A stretch of DNA of 64,000 bases from Candidatus Dormiibacterota bacterium (GTDB taxonomy: Bacteria; Chloroflexota; Dormibacteria; Aeolococcales; Aeolococcaceae): assembly GCA_963697085.1 (NCBI GenBank), contig CAVOMR010000002.1, positions 145,913-209,912 on the forward strand. Reading direction: 5' to 3'. Positions 39,384 through 49,390 of the stretch are shown here, piece by piece (the first letter of the stretch is position 1; the number at the start of each line of letters is the position of its first letter). The notes under the pieces were generated by a model. It ran no database searches and was not told where the DNA came from. It was given only the letters and a program-made list of their open reading frames with translations. A program made the translations under genes and the position numbers.

Positions 39384-40526
39384 CTAGTTGATGCTGGTTT
39401 GTGCTGCGTACGTTGCGTTGATGAGCGTTGCCATGCCAGTCGTCGCAACCGAGTAGGTCTTGTCAACACCGAACTCGGATGCGATCAAGACGTCGTCCGG
39501 CGTCCAGAGCGTCGCGGCCAGGCTGCTGGCACCGGTGACACTCACGACATGGCCGCCCGCCAGATCCAGCAGGACGAGCCGAATAGCCGATGAGGTGGGA
39601 CACGAGAGAGACACCGCTGCGAACCGGGCGTCGGCTGAGAGCAGCGCCGCTCCATTGAGGCATCGCGGAGACGTCATCCCAGGAATGCTGTAGGTGGTCT
39701 GCGTGCCATCGGGCGCGACGACCCGAATCCCCGGTGCCGAACCACCGGCTGCACAGACGATGGTTCCGTCGTCGGCGATGTCTTCGAAATTGCAATCCGT
39801 TCCGATGCGAGATGCCAGATCAGTGGCCGCTCCCGTGGAAGGATCAATGAGGATGGTCGGCGAGATCGACAATGTCGAGGGGTTGCCGGGACCGCCGCAG
39901 GTGTTGTCGCCTTCCGCCACGATGCCGGCAGATGTCCACGCCGCAAGACTGACGTGCGTGACCCCCGCGTCGAAGGAGGCACTCCCGATCTTCGTCGCTC
40001 CACTGCCATCGTCGGTGTAGACGTCGAATGCCGCTCGGGTCGACGATCCGCAGGCCGGCGAATTGGTTTGCAGAGCCCAGGCCCACGCCTGACCATCGTC
40101 GCGTCCGACCGCCGACGGTGAACCGGCAATGCCCTTCTCGAGTGTTGTGAGGGTGCCATCTGACGACAGCGCGACAATTGAGACCGGTCCGCTCGCCGTC
40201 GAACCGCCCTGCTGGCCGTCAGTTCCAATCATTCGAGCGCCAAACGGACCGGCGATCGCCAATGTCGCGTCACCGCCGACCACAGGCCCCGAAGGGATCG
40301 GGACAGTCGTCTGTCCGCTCGCCAGCATCAACACCCCCGGGACCTGATCTCCGCCAAACGCGACGAGGAGCGGCTCGAACGATGGCTGTGCCGGCGTAGG
40401 AGAAGGTGTCGCACCGACCGTGCCGCGCGGCGATGGCGGTGAGGCGGTCGGTGCAGTCGTCGCGGCTCCGCAGGCTGCGAGGGCAGCGGCGCTGGCGATC
40501 ATCAGAGCGGTTCGTTGGATCCGCAT
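39384..40526 (-). CDS. Hypothetical lipoprotein (probable beta-propeller)
   Basis: LAAC lipobox, Pro/Thr linker, beta-rich Cys-containing body. Confidence 0.7.
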   Translation of the reverse strand: MRIQRTALMIASAAALAACGAATTAPTASPPSPRGTVGATPSPTPAQPSFEPLLVAFGGDQVPGVLMLASGQTTVPIPSGPVVGGDATLAIAGPFGARMIGTDGQQGGSTASGPVSIVALSSDGTLTTLEKGIAGSPSAVGRDDGQAWAWALQTNSPACGSSTRAAFDVYTDDGSGATKIGSASFDAGVTHVSLAAWTSAGIVAEGDNTCGGPGNPSTLSISPTILIDPSTGAATDLASRIGTDCNFEDIADDGTIVCAAGGSAPGIRVVAPDGTQTTYSIPGMTSPRCLNGAALLSADARFAAVSLSCPTSSAIRLVLLDLAGGHVVSVTGASSLAATLWTPDDVLIASEFGVDKTYSVATTGMATLINATYAAQTSIN

Positions 40527-40644
40527 CGAGTGGTTCCTTCCTTCGTTTCTTCTGTGTGTGTATGCGAAACGTCCCTTCTTCGGTTGGGTTACGCGACTGA
40601 CGCGTTCGCGAGCCGGTACGGAGTCGCCGGGCACGTCCGGTGCA

Positions 40645-42129
40645 CTAGCGGCCGATTCGCAACGCGTTGCGAATCAGGCTCATCTCTTCGCGATCCGCGA
40701 CGCGAAGCGCGAGCAGAGCCGCCCCATAGATGAGCGCCGACGCGATCACGACGACGAAGAGGAGGACGCGACTCTGATGCGGGTTGGCGACGTAGATGAA
40801 TCCGCCCATGACCAGTCCCGCGACGATCGCCTTCCAGGATGTGGCAACGAGCTTGATCGTCCCGAGCTGCGCGCGCAGCACGATCCATCCGACAACGACC
40901 AGTGCCGCCTCCGTGACCACCACCGCCCAGCTCGCACCGAGGTATCCATAGCGAGGGATCACGATCAGGTTGACGCCAACGTTGATCACGAGACCGACCA
41001 TGGCGACGAACGCGAACACGTTCTGCTTGTCGATCGCGTTGAGGGTTGCGGCGAACGTGTTGTCGGCGAACATGAACACGATAGCGAGAGCCAGGATCTG
41101 CAGCGCGGGCTCGGACCCGGGATACAGCTGGAGCAGTGTGTTGAACTGCGGCGCGAGCAGGAACACGCCGACGGTTATGGGCCAGCCGAGGATCACGAGT
41201 GCCTTGAAGAACTTCTCGGCGAGCGGGAGCACGCGATCAGGTGATCGCCGGTGGTACACCGAGAGGACAGGAAACACAACGCTGCGCAACGCAAACGGAA
41301 TGAAGAGCAAGGACTCGAATGGCTTGTAGGCGAAGGTGTAGTACCCGACCTCGCTATATGGGCGAAAGCGCTGCAGGATGGGTACATCGACCTTGAAGTA
41401 CACGGTCGTGATGATGAAGGTGATGCCGAGCGGGATCGCCACGCGGACCCATGAGAGCAGGAGCCCAGGCTCGAGCCGCACGCCGGGGCGCAGCACACCC
41501 ATCGCGATGAGCACCGTCGCGAAGTACAAGCAAGCGAACCCGTAGCTGATCGCATAGGCCCAGAGGAAGAATCCGGTGTCGGCGCCGATGTGCACGCCCA
41601 CCAGAACCAGCGCGAAGACGACCAGCGTCTCGGGAACGATCTCGATGATCTCGAACGTGAGTCGCTGCAGCGCGTACAGGGAGTTGCGCAGCAGCAGCTG
41701 ATATCCGGAGAGCACGAGGATCGCAAAGCACGGCCAGAGGAGTGAGCGCACCCCGGCGAAGTACAACGCGCCAAAGAGGAGCGGCAGCCCGATCGCAGCC
41801 CCCAGCAGCTTGAGCGACGCCACGTTGTTCCAGTAGCGGGAGAGCTGATCTGTGTGGCGAGCACCCTCGCGAACATAGAGTGCGGAGAAGCCCAGGTCGG
41901 TGAGCGTTCCGACCAGGCCGACATACGTGATCGCGGTCTGCATCTCGCCAAACCTCGTCGGATCGAGGTAGTTGCCGACGATGATCACGGCAATCAAGGC
42001 GACGATCCGCGAGATCACGCGGACGACGAGGATCAGGATGGTGTTGCGCAGCGCTCGCATCCCGAGGCCGCCGGGCATGTCCGGCGTCGCCGCGCCGGGT
42101 GCCGGGGGTTCGTCCTGCAAGGCGCTCAT
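40645..42129 (-). CDS. Wzx/PST-family polysaccharide flippase
   Basis: About 14 TM; RNT..., FG, DLG, YFKVD, VGYY, LIVIPRYGYLGASWA. Confidence 0.88.
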   Translation of the reverse strand: MSALQDEPPAPGAATPDMPGGLGMRALRNTILILVVRVISRIVALIAVIIVGNYLDPTRFGEMQTAITYVGLVGTLTDLGFSALYVREGARHTDQLSRYWNNVASLKLLGAAIGLPLLFGALYFAGVRSLLWPCFAILVLSGYQLLLRNSLYALQRLTFEIIEIVPETLVVFALVLVGVHIGADTGFFLWAYAISYGFACLYFATVLIAMGVLRPGVRLEPGLLLSWVRVAIPLGITFIITTVYFKVDVPILQRFRPYSEVGYYTFAYKPFESLLFIPFALRSVVFPVLSVYHRRSPDRVLPLAEKFFKALVILGWPITVGVFLLAPQFNTLLQLYPGSEPALQILALAIVFMFADNTFAATLNAIDKQNVFAFVAMVGLVINVGVNLIVIPRYGYLGASWAVVVTEAALVVVGWIVLRAQLGTIKLVATSWKAIVAGLVMGGFIYVANPHQSRVLLFVVVIASALIYGAALLALRVADREEMSLIRNALRIGR

Positions 42130-42187
42130 TCTATCCGCGCGTCCGCGCACTGCCCGCCACCAATCCCGGCCGATACACTGCGACCCC

Positions 42188-43909
42188 ATGGCTGACGTCG
42201 CGGCCGAGCGACCTCGCACCGACGCCGAGCTCCGCACCGACGGCGGTGCGCTGATGGCGCGAACGCTGCGCGAACGTGGTGTGACCACCGTCTTCTCGCT
42301 CCCCGGCGGCCACATCCTGCCGTTCCTCGACGCGTGTCTCGACGAGGACATCCGGGTCATCGACACCCGCCACGAGGGTGCTGCGGTGCTCGCCGCCGAG
42401 GGGTGGGCGCTCGCGACCGGCGAGACCGGCGTCGCGGCGGTGACGGCAGGACCGGGCTTCGCCAACGGGCTGATCGGCCTGCTCGACGCGAGCGTCTGGA
42501 GCGTGCCGCTCCTGATGCTCGCCGGCCGGACGAGCCACACCCGCCAGGGGCGAGGTGCAGTCGGCGATGTCGATCAGCGGGCGATCGCCGCCCCCATCGC
42601 GAAGTGGGCGGCAACCTGCGCCGAGCCGGGTCTCGTGCCGCGCTCGATTGCCGAGGCGCTGTACCGCGCTCGCAGCGGCTGCCCGGGCGCCGTGTACCTC
42701 GAGATCAACTCGCACGCCGTCTACGGCAAGGCCGCCCCACTCGACGTTGCCGCACCCGGGTATCCGGCGGCGGCGGCGCGTCCGGCCGGAGCGCCGGCGG
42801 AGATCGGCGCCGCCGTGGCCACGCTGGCGGCAGCGGAGCGCCCGGTCATCGTCGCCGGCAGCGGCGCCTTCTGGTCCGGAGCGGGAGAGGCGATCGGTCG
42901 CTTTGCCGAGATCGCCGGGATCCCGGTCATCACCGCGAGCGGCGCCCGTGGAGTCGTCGCGGACTCGCATCCCTGGAGCCTCGGGTCGCTCGTCCACGGT
43001 GGTCTCGCCATCCCGAGTGCCGACTGCGTCCTGGTGCTGGGCTCGGCATTCAACGCCAACGTGATGTACGGCGGTGCGCCACTCTTCGGCGCCGAGCAGA
43101 CGATCATCCAGATCGACATCGCACCCGAGCGGGTCGGCGGCAACCGGGCAGCCGACGTCACCGTGATCGGCGACATCGCGTCGGTGATGCGGGACTGCAC
43201 CGACGCCTGGGCGGTCAACCCACCGGGAAGGGACGAGTGGCTGACCCACGCCCGCAACCTCGCCGATGCGTCGATCGGGTTCTGGAACCGCCAGGTCGAC
43301 GAGCACACCGGCGCGCTCGTGCACGCCGGCGCGGCGGCCCGTGAGGTCGCCGCATTCGTCGGGGAGCGCTTCGGTGGCAACGCAACTCTGGTCGCGGATG
43401 GCGGCGACGCCCTCGCATGGGCGCTCGCCTATTTCGGCGCCGAGCTGCCCGGCCGGCTGCTCACCACGACCACGGCGCTCGGGACGCTCGGGGTCGGCAT
43501 GCCCTTCGCCCTTGCGGCTCAGGCTGCGCGTCCGGATGAGCGGGTCTTCCTCTTCAGTGGCGACGGCGCCTTCGGCCTCAGTGCCATGGAGGTGGCAACC
43601 GCGGTTCGCCATCAGCTGCCCGTGATCGTGATCGTCTCGAACAACGCCGGCTGGGGTGACGTCCGATTCGAGCAGGACGAGCTCTTCGGGCCGGGCCGGA
43701 ACGTGGCCAGCACGCTCACGGGCATCCGCTACGACCGTCTCGCGGAGTCGCTCGGCGGGCACGGTGAGCGCGTCGAGCGCCTCGGCGACCTGCGCCCGGC
43801 GCTCGAGCGTTCGATCGACAGCGGTGTCTGCAGCGTCATCGACGTCCACACCGATCCGACGGTCATCTCGGAGTTGCTCCGCATGGTTGCCCAGCTCGGT
43901 CTCATGTAG
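42188..43909 (+). CDS. Thiamine-diphosphate enzyme (acetolactate synthase / 2-hydroxyacyl-CoA lyase-like)
   Basis: FSLPGGH, RHE, TAGPG, GDGAFG...NN TPP motif. Confidence 0.88.
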   Translation: MADVAAERPRTDAELRTDGGALMARTLRERGVTTVFSLPGGHILPFLDACLDEDIRVIDTRHEGAAVLAAEGWALATGETGVAAVTAGPGFANGLIGLLDASVWSVPLLMLAGRTSHTRQGRGAVGDVDQRAIAAPIAKWAATCAEPGLVPRSIAEALYRARSGCPGAVYLEINSHAVYGKAAPLDVAAPGYPAAAARPAGAPAEIGAAVATLAAAERPVIVAGSGAFWSGAGEAIGRFAEIAGIPVITASGARGVVADSHPWSLGSLVHGGLAIPSADCVLVLGSAFNANVMYGGAPLFGAEQTIIQIDIAPERVGGNRAADVTVIGDIASVMRDCTDAWAVNPPGRDEWLTHARNLADASIGFWNRQVDEHTGALVHAGAAAREVAAFVGERFGGNATLVADGGDALAWALAYFGAELPGRLLTTTTALGTLGVGMPFALAAQAARPDERVFLFSGDGAFGLSAMEVATAVRHQLPVIVIVSNNAGWGDVRFEQDELFGPGRNVASTLTGIRYDRLAESLGGHGERVERLGDLRPALERSIDSGVCSVIDVHTDPTVISELLRMVAQLGLM

Positions 43910-43911
43910 CG

Positions 43912-44907
43912 ATGCGCGCGGTCAGGCTCGTCGAGGCGCACCACCTCGAGCTCGTCGACATCGCTGCCCCCGAGGCGGCGCCCGGCGAAGTCGTCCTCCG
44001 CGTCGACGGCTGCGGCATCTGCGGATCGGATCTCACGTCGTACAAGGTCGGGCTCTTCACGGATGCCGTCCCCGGGCACGAGCTTGCGGGCGTCATCGAG
44101 ACGGCCGGCGACGGGGTGACCGTGTGGACAGCCGGGGATCCTGCGGTCGTCGACCCCAAGATCCCGTGTGGCGCGTGCGACGACTGCCGGAACGGGGCGT
44201 CATATCGCTGTGCGATGGCGCTGACCTCGGGCATCGGATTCGCCAGGAACGGCGGCTTCGCCGAGCTGGTCGCGGTCCCCGCGTCGCTGCTCCACCGGCT
44301 GCCGACCGGGCTCGCGCTCGAGCACGCCTGTCTTGTCGAGCCGCTGTCCGTGGCAATCCATGGTGTCGAGCGTGCCCATCTCCATCCCGGCGACCCGGCT
44401 GTGGTCATCGGCCTCGGTCCGATCGGTCTCCTCACCGTCGCGACCTTGCACGCCCGTGGCGTCGGACCGATCGTCGGGGTCGACCCCGTCGCGGACAGGC
44501 GGGACCTGGCGCTGGCGCTCGGCGCCGCCACCGCGGTCGCCGAGTTGCGCGAGGTTCGCAGCCACGTCGCGCCGGCGCCCGCCGTGATCGAATGCTCGGG
44601 CCACGCCCCACTCCTCCATGCGGCGGCCGACCTCGTCGAGCCCGGCGGCCGACTGGTGCTCGTCGGGGTTCCCTTTGGCGAGGCGACCGTCATCCCGCTC
44701 ATGTGGGTGACCCGCGAGATCGAGATCGTCGGGAGCATCGCCTCAAATGCCGCCGACTTCGCCGTCTCGCTTGAGATGCTCGCCGCCGACCCGGGCATCG
44801 CCAGGGTTGCGACACGGCGCGTCGGGCTCGCTCAGGTCCCCGAGGTGTTCGAGGAGCTGATCACGCCTTCTTCGGGCGGGAAGGTGGTCGTCGACCCCCG
44901 GCTTTGA
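43912..44907 (+). CDS. Zn-dependent alcohol/threonine dehydrogenase family (MDR)
   Basis: CGICGSD, GHE, CGACDDC...C, GLGPIG. Confidence 0.9.
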   Translation: MRAVRLVEAHHLELVDIAAPEAAPGEVVLRVDGCGICGSDLTSYKVGLFTDAVPGHELAGVIETAGDGVTVWTAGDPAVVDPKIPCGACDDCRNGASYRCAMALTSGIGFARNGGFAELVAVPASLLHRLPTGLALEHACLVEPLSVAIHGVERAHLHPGDPAVVIGLGPIGLLTVATLHARGVGPIVGVDPVADRRDLALALGAATAVAELREVRSHVAPAPAVIECSGHAPLLHAAADLVEPGGRLVLVGVPFGEATVIPLMWVTREIEIVGSIASNAADFAVSLEMLAADPGIARVATRRVGLAQVPEVFEELITPSSGGKVVVDPRL

Positions 44908-45547
44908 CCGCCTTTCCGGCGACCGCCTTGGGCTGGGCCGGTGGTGGCGCGGCAGCGCGCCAGCAGTACCAGGCGGCCGTGCTCCGGTAGGGACGGAACA
45001 CGTCGCCGAGCCCCTCGAGCTGCTTCGGGACCGGCGCCGCTTCGCTGCCATGGATCCGCGCCCAGCCGTTGCGGACCCCGAGATCGTCCACGGGCCACAC
45101 ATCCGGACGGCTGAGCTGAAAGATGAGGAACATCTCCGCGGTCCAGCGGCCGACGCCACGCACCGTGACGAGGCGGCTGACGATCTCGTCGTCGCTGAGA
45201 TCGTCGAGGTCGTGCGTCGGCACCGTGCCGTCGACGAACTTGAGGGCGAGGTCGGTGATCGCGGCCAGCTTGTTGCCGGACAGGCCGGCCGCTCGGAGCG
45301 CCTCCGGGCTGGCCGCGAGCACGCTCTCGGGCGCGACCGGTGCACCGCCGAGAGTCGCGACCACTCTGCCGTGGATCGTGCGGGCCGCCGCCCCGGCCAG
45401 CTGCTGGAAGACGATCGCGCTGAGCAGCGCCTCGAATGCGGACCCGTCCTCGGGCTTGAGGATCATCTCGGTGCTGGTCTCGACGATCCGCCGGAATGCG
45501 GGATCCGCGCGGACCACGTGCGCGGCGGCCTTGCCGAGGTGGGTCAT
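44861..45547 (-). CDS. alkA: DNA-3-methyladenine glycosylase II (HhH-GPD)
   Basis: IVFQQL, VRGVGRWTAEM, PVDDLG, PYRS. Confidence 0.88.
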   Translation of the reverse strand: MTHLGKAAAHVVRADPAFRRIVETSTEMILKPEDGSAFEALLSAIVFQQLAGAAARTIHGRVVATLGGAPVAPESVLAASPEALRAAGLSGNKLAAITDLALKFVDGTVPTHDLDDLSDDEIVSRLVTVRGVGRWTAEMFLIFQLSRPDVWPVDDLGVRNGWARIHGSEAAPVPKQLEGLGDVFRPYRSTAAWYCWRAAAPPPAQPKAVAGKAVKAGGRRPPSRPKKA

Positions 45548-46059
45548 GGCGCCGGCGGCGACACGGTCGCGAGCCCCGTGACGACGCGCGCGGCCGGGAG
45601 CCGCAGGAGCCCCGACGGCGCGAGCCGGATCTTCATCGATCTGCTGCCTCCACCGATGACGACGCTCGGCTGCTCCATCACGCGCTCGTCGATGTACAGC
45701 GGCAGGCCGTCGGCAAGACCGAACGGGGTCACGCCGCCGATCATCATCCCCGTGAGCTCGCGAGTCTGATCGGCGCTCGCAAACGACGCCTTCCGGACTC
45801 CGAGGAGATCGCAGACGGCGTGGTTGACGTCGAGACGGCAGGTCGCGAGCACCAGGCAGGCGCAGGCAACTCCGGGCTCCTTGCGAGCCGCGACCACGAT
45901 GGTGTTCGCCGACTGCTCGGGCGGCACGCCGTACTTCGCGCAGAACGCCGCCGTGTCCGCGAAATCCGGATCGCATTCCATGATCTCGTGCTCAACTCCG
46001 AACGTCCGCAAACGCTCGTGCACCCGCGCCTCGATCGCGCCGCTCTCTTCAGCGAGCAT
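45544..46059 (-). CDS. YbaK/EbsC aminoacyl-tRNA deacylase family
   Basis: ADTAAFC, TGMMIGGVTPFG, GGGSRSMK. Confidence 0.85.
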   Translation of the reverse strand: MLAEESGAIEARVHERLRTFGVEHEIMECDPDFADTAAFCAKYGVPPEQSANTIVVAARKEPGVACACLVLATCRLDVNHAVCDLLGVRKASFASADQTRELTGMMIGGVTPFGLADGLPLYIDERVMEQPSVVIGGGSRSMKIRLAPSGLLRLPAARVVTGLATVSPPAP

Positions 46060-46097
46060 CGCGTGAGCACGGCAGACCCGTAGAGTAGGTCTCCAGC

Positions 46098-47240
46098 ATG
46101 CGAATCTCCGCTCCCGCAGAAACGGCGCCGGGTGAAACCCGCGTCGCCCTCGTGCCCCGTTCGGTCACGCAGCTCGTCTCCACGGGCGCCACAGTAGCCA
46201 TTCAGGCAGGCGCGGGGACCGCCGCGGGCCTCCCCGATGCGGCGTTCAAGGAGGTCGGCGCCGAGGTGGTCGCCACTCGAGCGGCGCTCCTCAAGGACTC
46301 TGACATCGTCATCGTCGTCCGCCGGCCGGACCGGAATTTCGTCGGCGAGCTCAAGAAGGGATCGATCCTGATCGGCGTCCTCGAGCCCGCGGCGGACCCC
46401 GACCTCGTGCGAGCCTTGGTCGAGCAGGGCGTGACCGCCTTCCGGCTCGAGGCGATGCCCCGCATCAGCCGCGCCCAGGACATGGACGTCCTCTCGTCGA
46501 TGGCGACGCTCGCCGGCTACCACGCCGCGGTGATGGCGGCGTTCCGGCTGCCGCGCATCTTTCCCCTGATGATGACCGCGGCCGGAACGATCACCCCGGC
46601 TCGCGCGCTGATCATCGGCGCCGGTGTGGCCGGGTTGCAGGCGATCGCGACCTGCCGGCGGCTCGGTGCGGTGGTCGAGGCATTCGACGTTCGCCCGGCG
46701 GTGCGCGACCAGGTCGAGTTGCTCGGCGCCCGCTTCGTCGAGACCGGGGTCGAGTCGGAGACGGCACAGGACACGGGTGGGTACGCGAAAGAGCTTGCGG
46801 CGGACGCCCAGGAGCGCCAGGCCAAGGTGCTCGCCGAGCACGTGCGCGAATCCGACGTCGTGATCACCACCGCCCAGATCCCGAATCGCAAGGCGCCGGT
46901 CCTCGTCACCGCGGCCATGGTGGCGTCGATGCGCAGCGGCTCCGTGATCGTCGACCTCGCCGCACCCGGCGGCGGGAACTGCGAGCTGACCCGGCCCGAC
47001 GAGGAGGTTACCGACCACGGTGTCCTCATCCTCGGACCGACGAACCTTCCCGCGTCCATCCCCGGCCAGGCGAGCCAGCTCTACTCGCACAACGCGACCC
47101 GCTTCGTGAATCAGATGCTCAAGGATGGACAGGTGCACCTCGATTTCGACGACGAGGTCATCAGCCAGACGTGCATCACCCACGAGGGCAAGGCGATGGG
47201 CGAGCAAATCGAAGCACTGCTGCAGGGAGCCGGCGCGTGA
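46098..47240 (+). CDS. pntA: NAD(P) transhydrogenase subunit alpha, part 1 (domain I)
   Basis: ETRVA, PRISRAQ.MDVLSS, GAGVAGLQA, GGYAKE, GGNCE. Confidence 0.95.
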   Translation: MRISAPAETAPGETRVALVPRSVTQLVSTGATVAIQAGAGTAAGLPDAAFKEVGAEVVATRAALLKDSDIVIVVRRPDRNFVGELKKGSILIGVLEPAADPDLVRALVEQGVTAFRLEAMPRISRAQDMDVLSSMATLAGYHAAVMAAFRLPRIFPLMMTAAGTITPARALIIGAGVAGLQAIATCRRLGAVVEAFDVRPAVRDQVELLGARFVETGVESETAQDTGGYAKELAADAQERQAKVLAEHVRESDVVITTAQIPNRKAPVLVTAAMVASMRSGSVIVDLAAPGGGNCELTRPDEEVTDHGVLILGPTNLPASIPGQASQLYSHNATRFVNQMLKDGQVHLDFDDEVISQTCITHEGKAMGEQIEALLQGAGA

Positions 47241-47593
47241 GCGCGGGGCAGACGCTCGCGCTCGGCGCATTCATCTTCGCACTCGCCGTCTTCGTCGGAT
47301 TCCTGCTCATCTCCAAGGTCCCGACGATGCTGCACACGCCGCTCATGTCGGGAACGAACTTCATCCACGGCATCGTGCTCGTCGGTGCGCTCACCGTTGC
47401 CGGGGCGGCGAACGATACGCTCGGCTACATCATCGCGATCGCGGCGGTGCTGCTCGGCACGCTCAACGTCGTCGGCGGCTGGGTCGTCACCGACCGCATG
47501 CTGCAGATGTTCCGGCGACGCCCGGCGGCCGACGCGAAGAAGACCGAGACGGCAGCGGCGACACCGACGACACCGGTCACCCCGGAACACTGA
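47237..47593 (+). CDS. pntA: NAD(P) transhydrogenase subunit alpha, part 2 (membrane)
   Basis: LHTPLMSGTN, NVVGG.VTDRML.MF. Confidence 0.92.
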   Translation: MSAGQTLALGAFIFALAVFVGFLLISKVPTMLHTPLMSGTNFIHGIVLVGALTVAGAANDTLGYIIAIAAVLLGTLNVVGGWVVTDRMLQMFRRRPAADAKKTETAAATPTTPVTPEH

Positions 47594-47598
47594 TCCCG

Positions 47599-48993
47599 AT
47601 GCAGCCATCCGCCCTCACGACACTCGGCTACATGCTGACCGCGATCAGCTTCATGTTCGGCATCCAGCTGCTTCGCTCACCTGCGACAGCGCGAACCGGG
47701 AATCGCGTTGCGGCAGTGGGCATGTTGCTCGTCCTCGGCATCACGGCGGCCCTCATCCACAACACCGGCAACTGGCCGCTGATCATTCCGCCGATCGTCA
47801 TTGGCGCGCTCATCGGCGCGGTGTCGGCGCGGCTCGTGCGCATGACCGCGATGCCCCAGATGGTCGCGCTCTTCAACGGCATGGGCGGTGGCTCTGCAGC
47901 GTTGATCGCGGCGCAGGATTTCCGCACCGCGGTGGCGCACAACGTCGCAACGCCGGACCTCACCTGGGCCATCATGGTGAGCTGCGTCATCGGCTCGCTG
48001 AGCTTCGCCGGCAGCCTGGTCGCGTTCGCGAAGCTGCAGGAGCTGATGCCCGGGCGGCCGCTGACGTACCGGCTCCAGAGCGCAGTCAACGGATTGCTGC
48101 TCGTCGTGATCATCGCACTCGGCGTCTACCTGATCGTCGGTGATCAGAACCTCGCGCTCTTCATCGTCTTCATCGTCCTCTCGCTGCTCCTCGGCGTCCT
48201 GTTCGTGGTGCCGATCGGCGGCGCCGACATGCCGGTGATCATCTCGCTCCTCAACTCGTTCACCGGGCTTGCGGCGGCAACCACCGGCTTCGTGCTGAGC
48301 AACGACGTCCTGATCGTCAGCGGCGCGCTCGTCGGAGCCTCGGGAACCATCCTCACGCTGGCGATGAGCAAGGCGATGAACCGCTCGCTGTTCAACGTGC
48401 TCTTCAGCGGCTTCGGCTCGAAGGTCGAGGCCGTCGGCAGCGCCGCCGGCGCGGAGGGCGGCACCATCCATCCGACGACCGTCGAGGACCTCGCTCCGCT
48501 GCTCGCCTTCGCGCAACTCGTCATCTTCGTGCCCGGGTATGGCATGGCGGTTGCTCGCGCCCAACACGAGGTGAAGGAGCTTGCCGACGAACTGGAGAAG
48601 CGTGGCGTGACCGTCGAGTACGCCATCCATCCAGTCGCCGGCCGTATGCCCGGCCACATGAACGTGCTCCTCGCTGAAGCCAACGTGCCGTATCCGCAGC
48701 TCAAGGAGATGGACGCGGTCAACGGCGACTTCCCGCGCACCGATGTCGCTGTCGTCATCGGCGCCAACGATGTCGTGAACCCCGCGGCTCGCACGCAGAC
48801 CAGCAGCCCGATCTACGGGATGCCGATACTCGACGTCGACCAGGCGAAGACGGTCGTCGTCCTCAAGCGCAGCATGGCGACGGGGTTTGCCGGCGTCGAC
48901 AATCCCCTTTTCTACAAGCCGAACACGCTCATGCTGTTCGGGGACGCGCGCACCTCGGTTGCCGCACTGGTCGCCGAGGTCAAGAAGCAGTAG
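47599..48993 (+). CDS. pntB: NAD(P) transhydrogenase subunit beta
   Basis: MTAMPQMVA, IGGADMPV, PGYGMA, HPVAGRMPGHMNVLLAEA. Confidence 0.96.
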   Translation: MQPSALTTLGYMLTAISFMFGIQLLRSPATARTGNRVAAVGMLLVLGITAALIHNTGNWPLIIPPIVIGALIGAVSARLVRMTAMPQMVALFNGMGGGSAALIAAQDFRTAVAHNVATPDLTWAIMVSCVIGSLSFAGSLVAFAKLQELMPGRPLTYRLQSAVNGLLLVVIIALGVYLIVGDQNLALFIVFIVLSLLLGVLFVVPIGGADMPVIISLLNSFTGLAAATTGFVLSNDVLIVSGALVGASGTILTLAMSKAMNRSLFNVLFSGFGSKVEAVGSAAGAEGGTIHPTTVEDLAPLLAFAQLVIFVPGYGMAVARAQHEVKELADELEKRGVTVEYAIHPVAGRMPGHMNVLLAEANVPYPQLKEMDAVNGDFPRTDVAVVIGANDVVNPAARTQTSSPIYGMPILDVDQAKTVVVLKRSMATGFAGVDNPLFYKPNTLMLFGDARTSVAALVAEVKKQ

Positions 48994-49378
48994 GCGTCCT
49001 TCCGGTCGCGGCCACGCTGCGCAGCGCGTTGAGCAGGTCCGCCGGCGCCGTGTCCTTCACGACGTAGCCGACGGCGCCACTCTTCAGCGCCTCGACCATG
49101 CGCTCGTGACCGCCGAACGAGGTGAGCATCATCACGCGTGTTTGCGGCGCGCTCTCGACAAGGCGCCGCGTCGCCTCGATCCCGCCCATGCCGGGCATGG
49201 AAAGGTCCATCAGCACGACATCGGGATGGAGTTCCGCGGCCATCTCCAGCGATTGCTCTCCAGAGTCCGCGAGGCCGACCACCTCGATGTCCTGCTCATG
49301 GCCGAGGAATGACGCGAGACCCTTGCGGACAACGGGATGGTCGTCCACGATCAGGACGCGAATCTGCGCTTGGGGCAT
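48980..49378 (-). CDS. NarL-type response regulator, receiver domain only
   Basis: IVDDHPVVR, DVVLMDLSMP, LTS, GYVVKD; ends at 132 aa overlapping the pntB stop, with no HTH. Confidence 0.88.
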   Translation of the reverse strand: MPQAQIRVLIVDDHPVVRKGLASFLGHEQDIEVVGLADSGEQSLEMAAELHPDVVLMDLSMPGMGGIEATRRLVESAPQTRVMMLTSFGGHERMVEALKSGAVGYVVKDTAPADLLNALRSVAATGRTPTAS

Positions 49379-49390
49379 CCGAGATCCACT

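Noticed and set aside
44861-44907. 47-bp convergent overlap of the dehydrogenase and alkA 3' ends
   Set aside because: Low-complexity tail extension, common in compact high-GC genomes.
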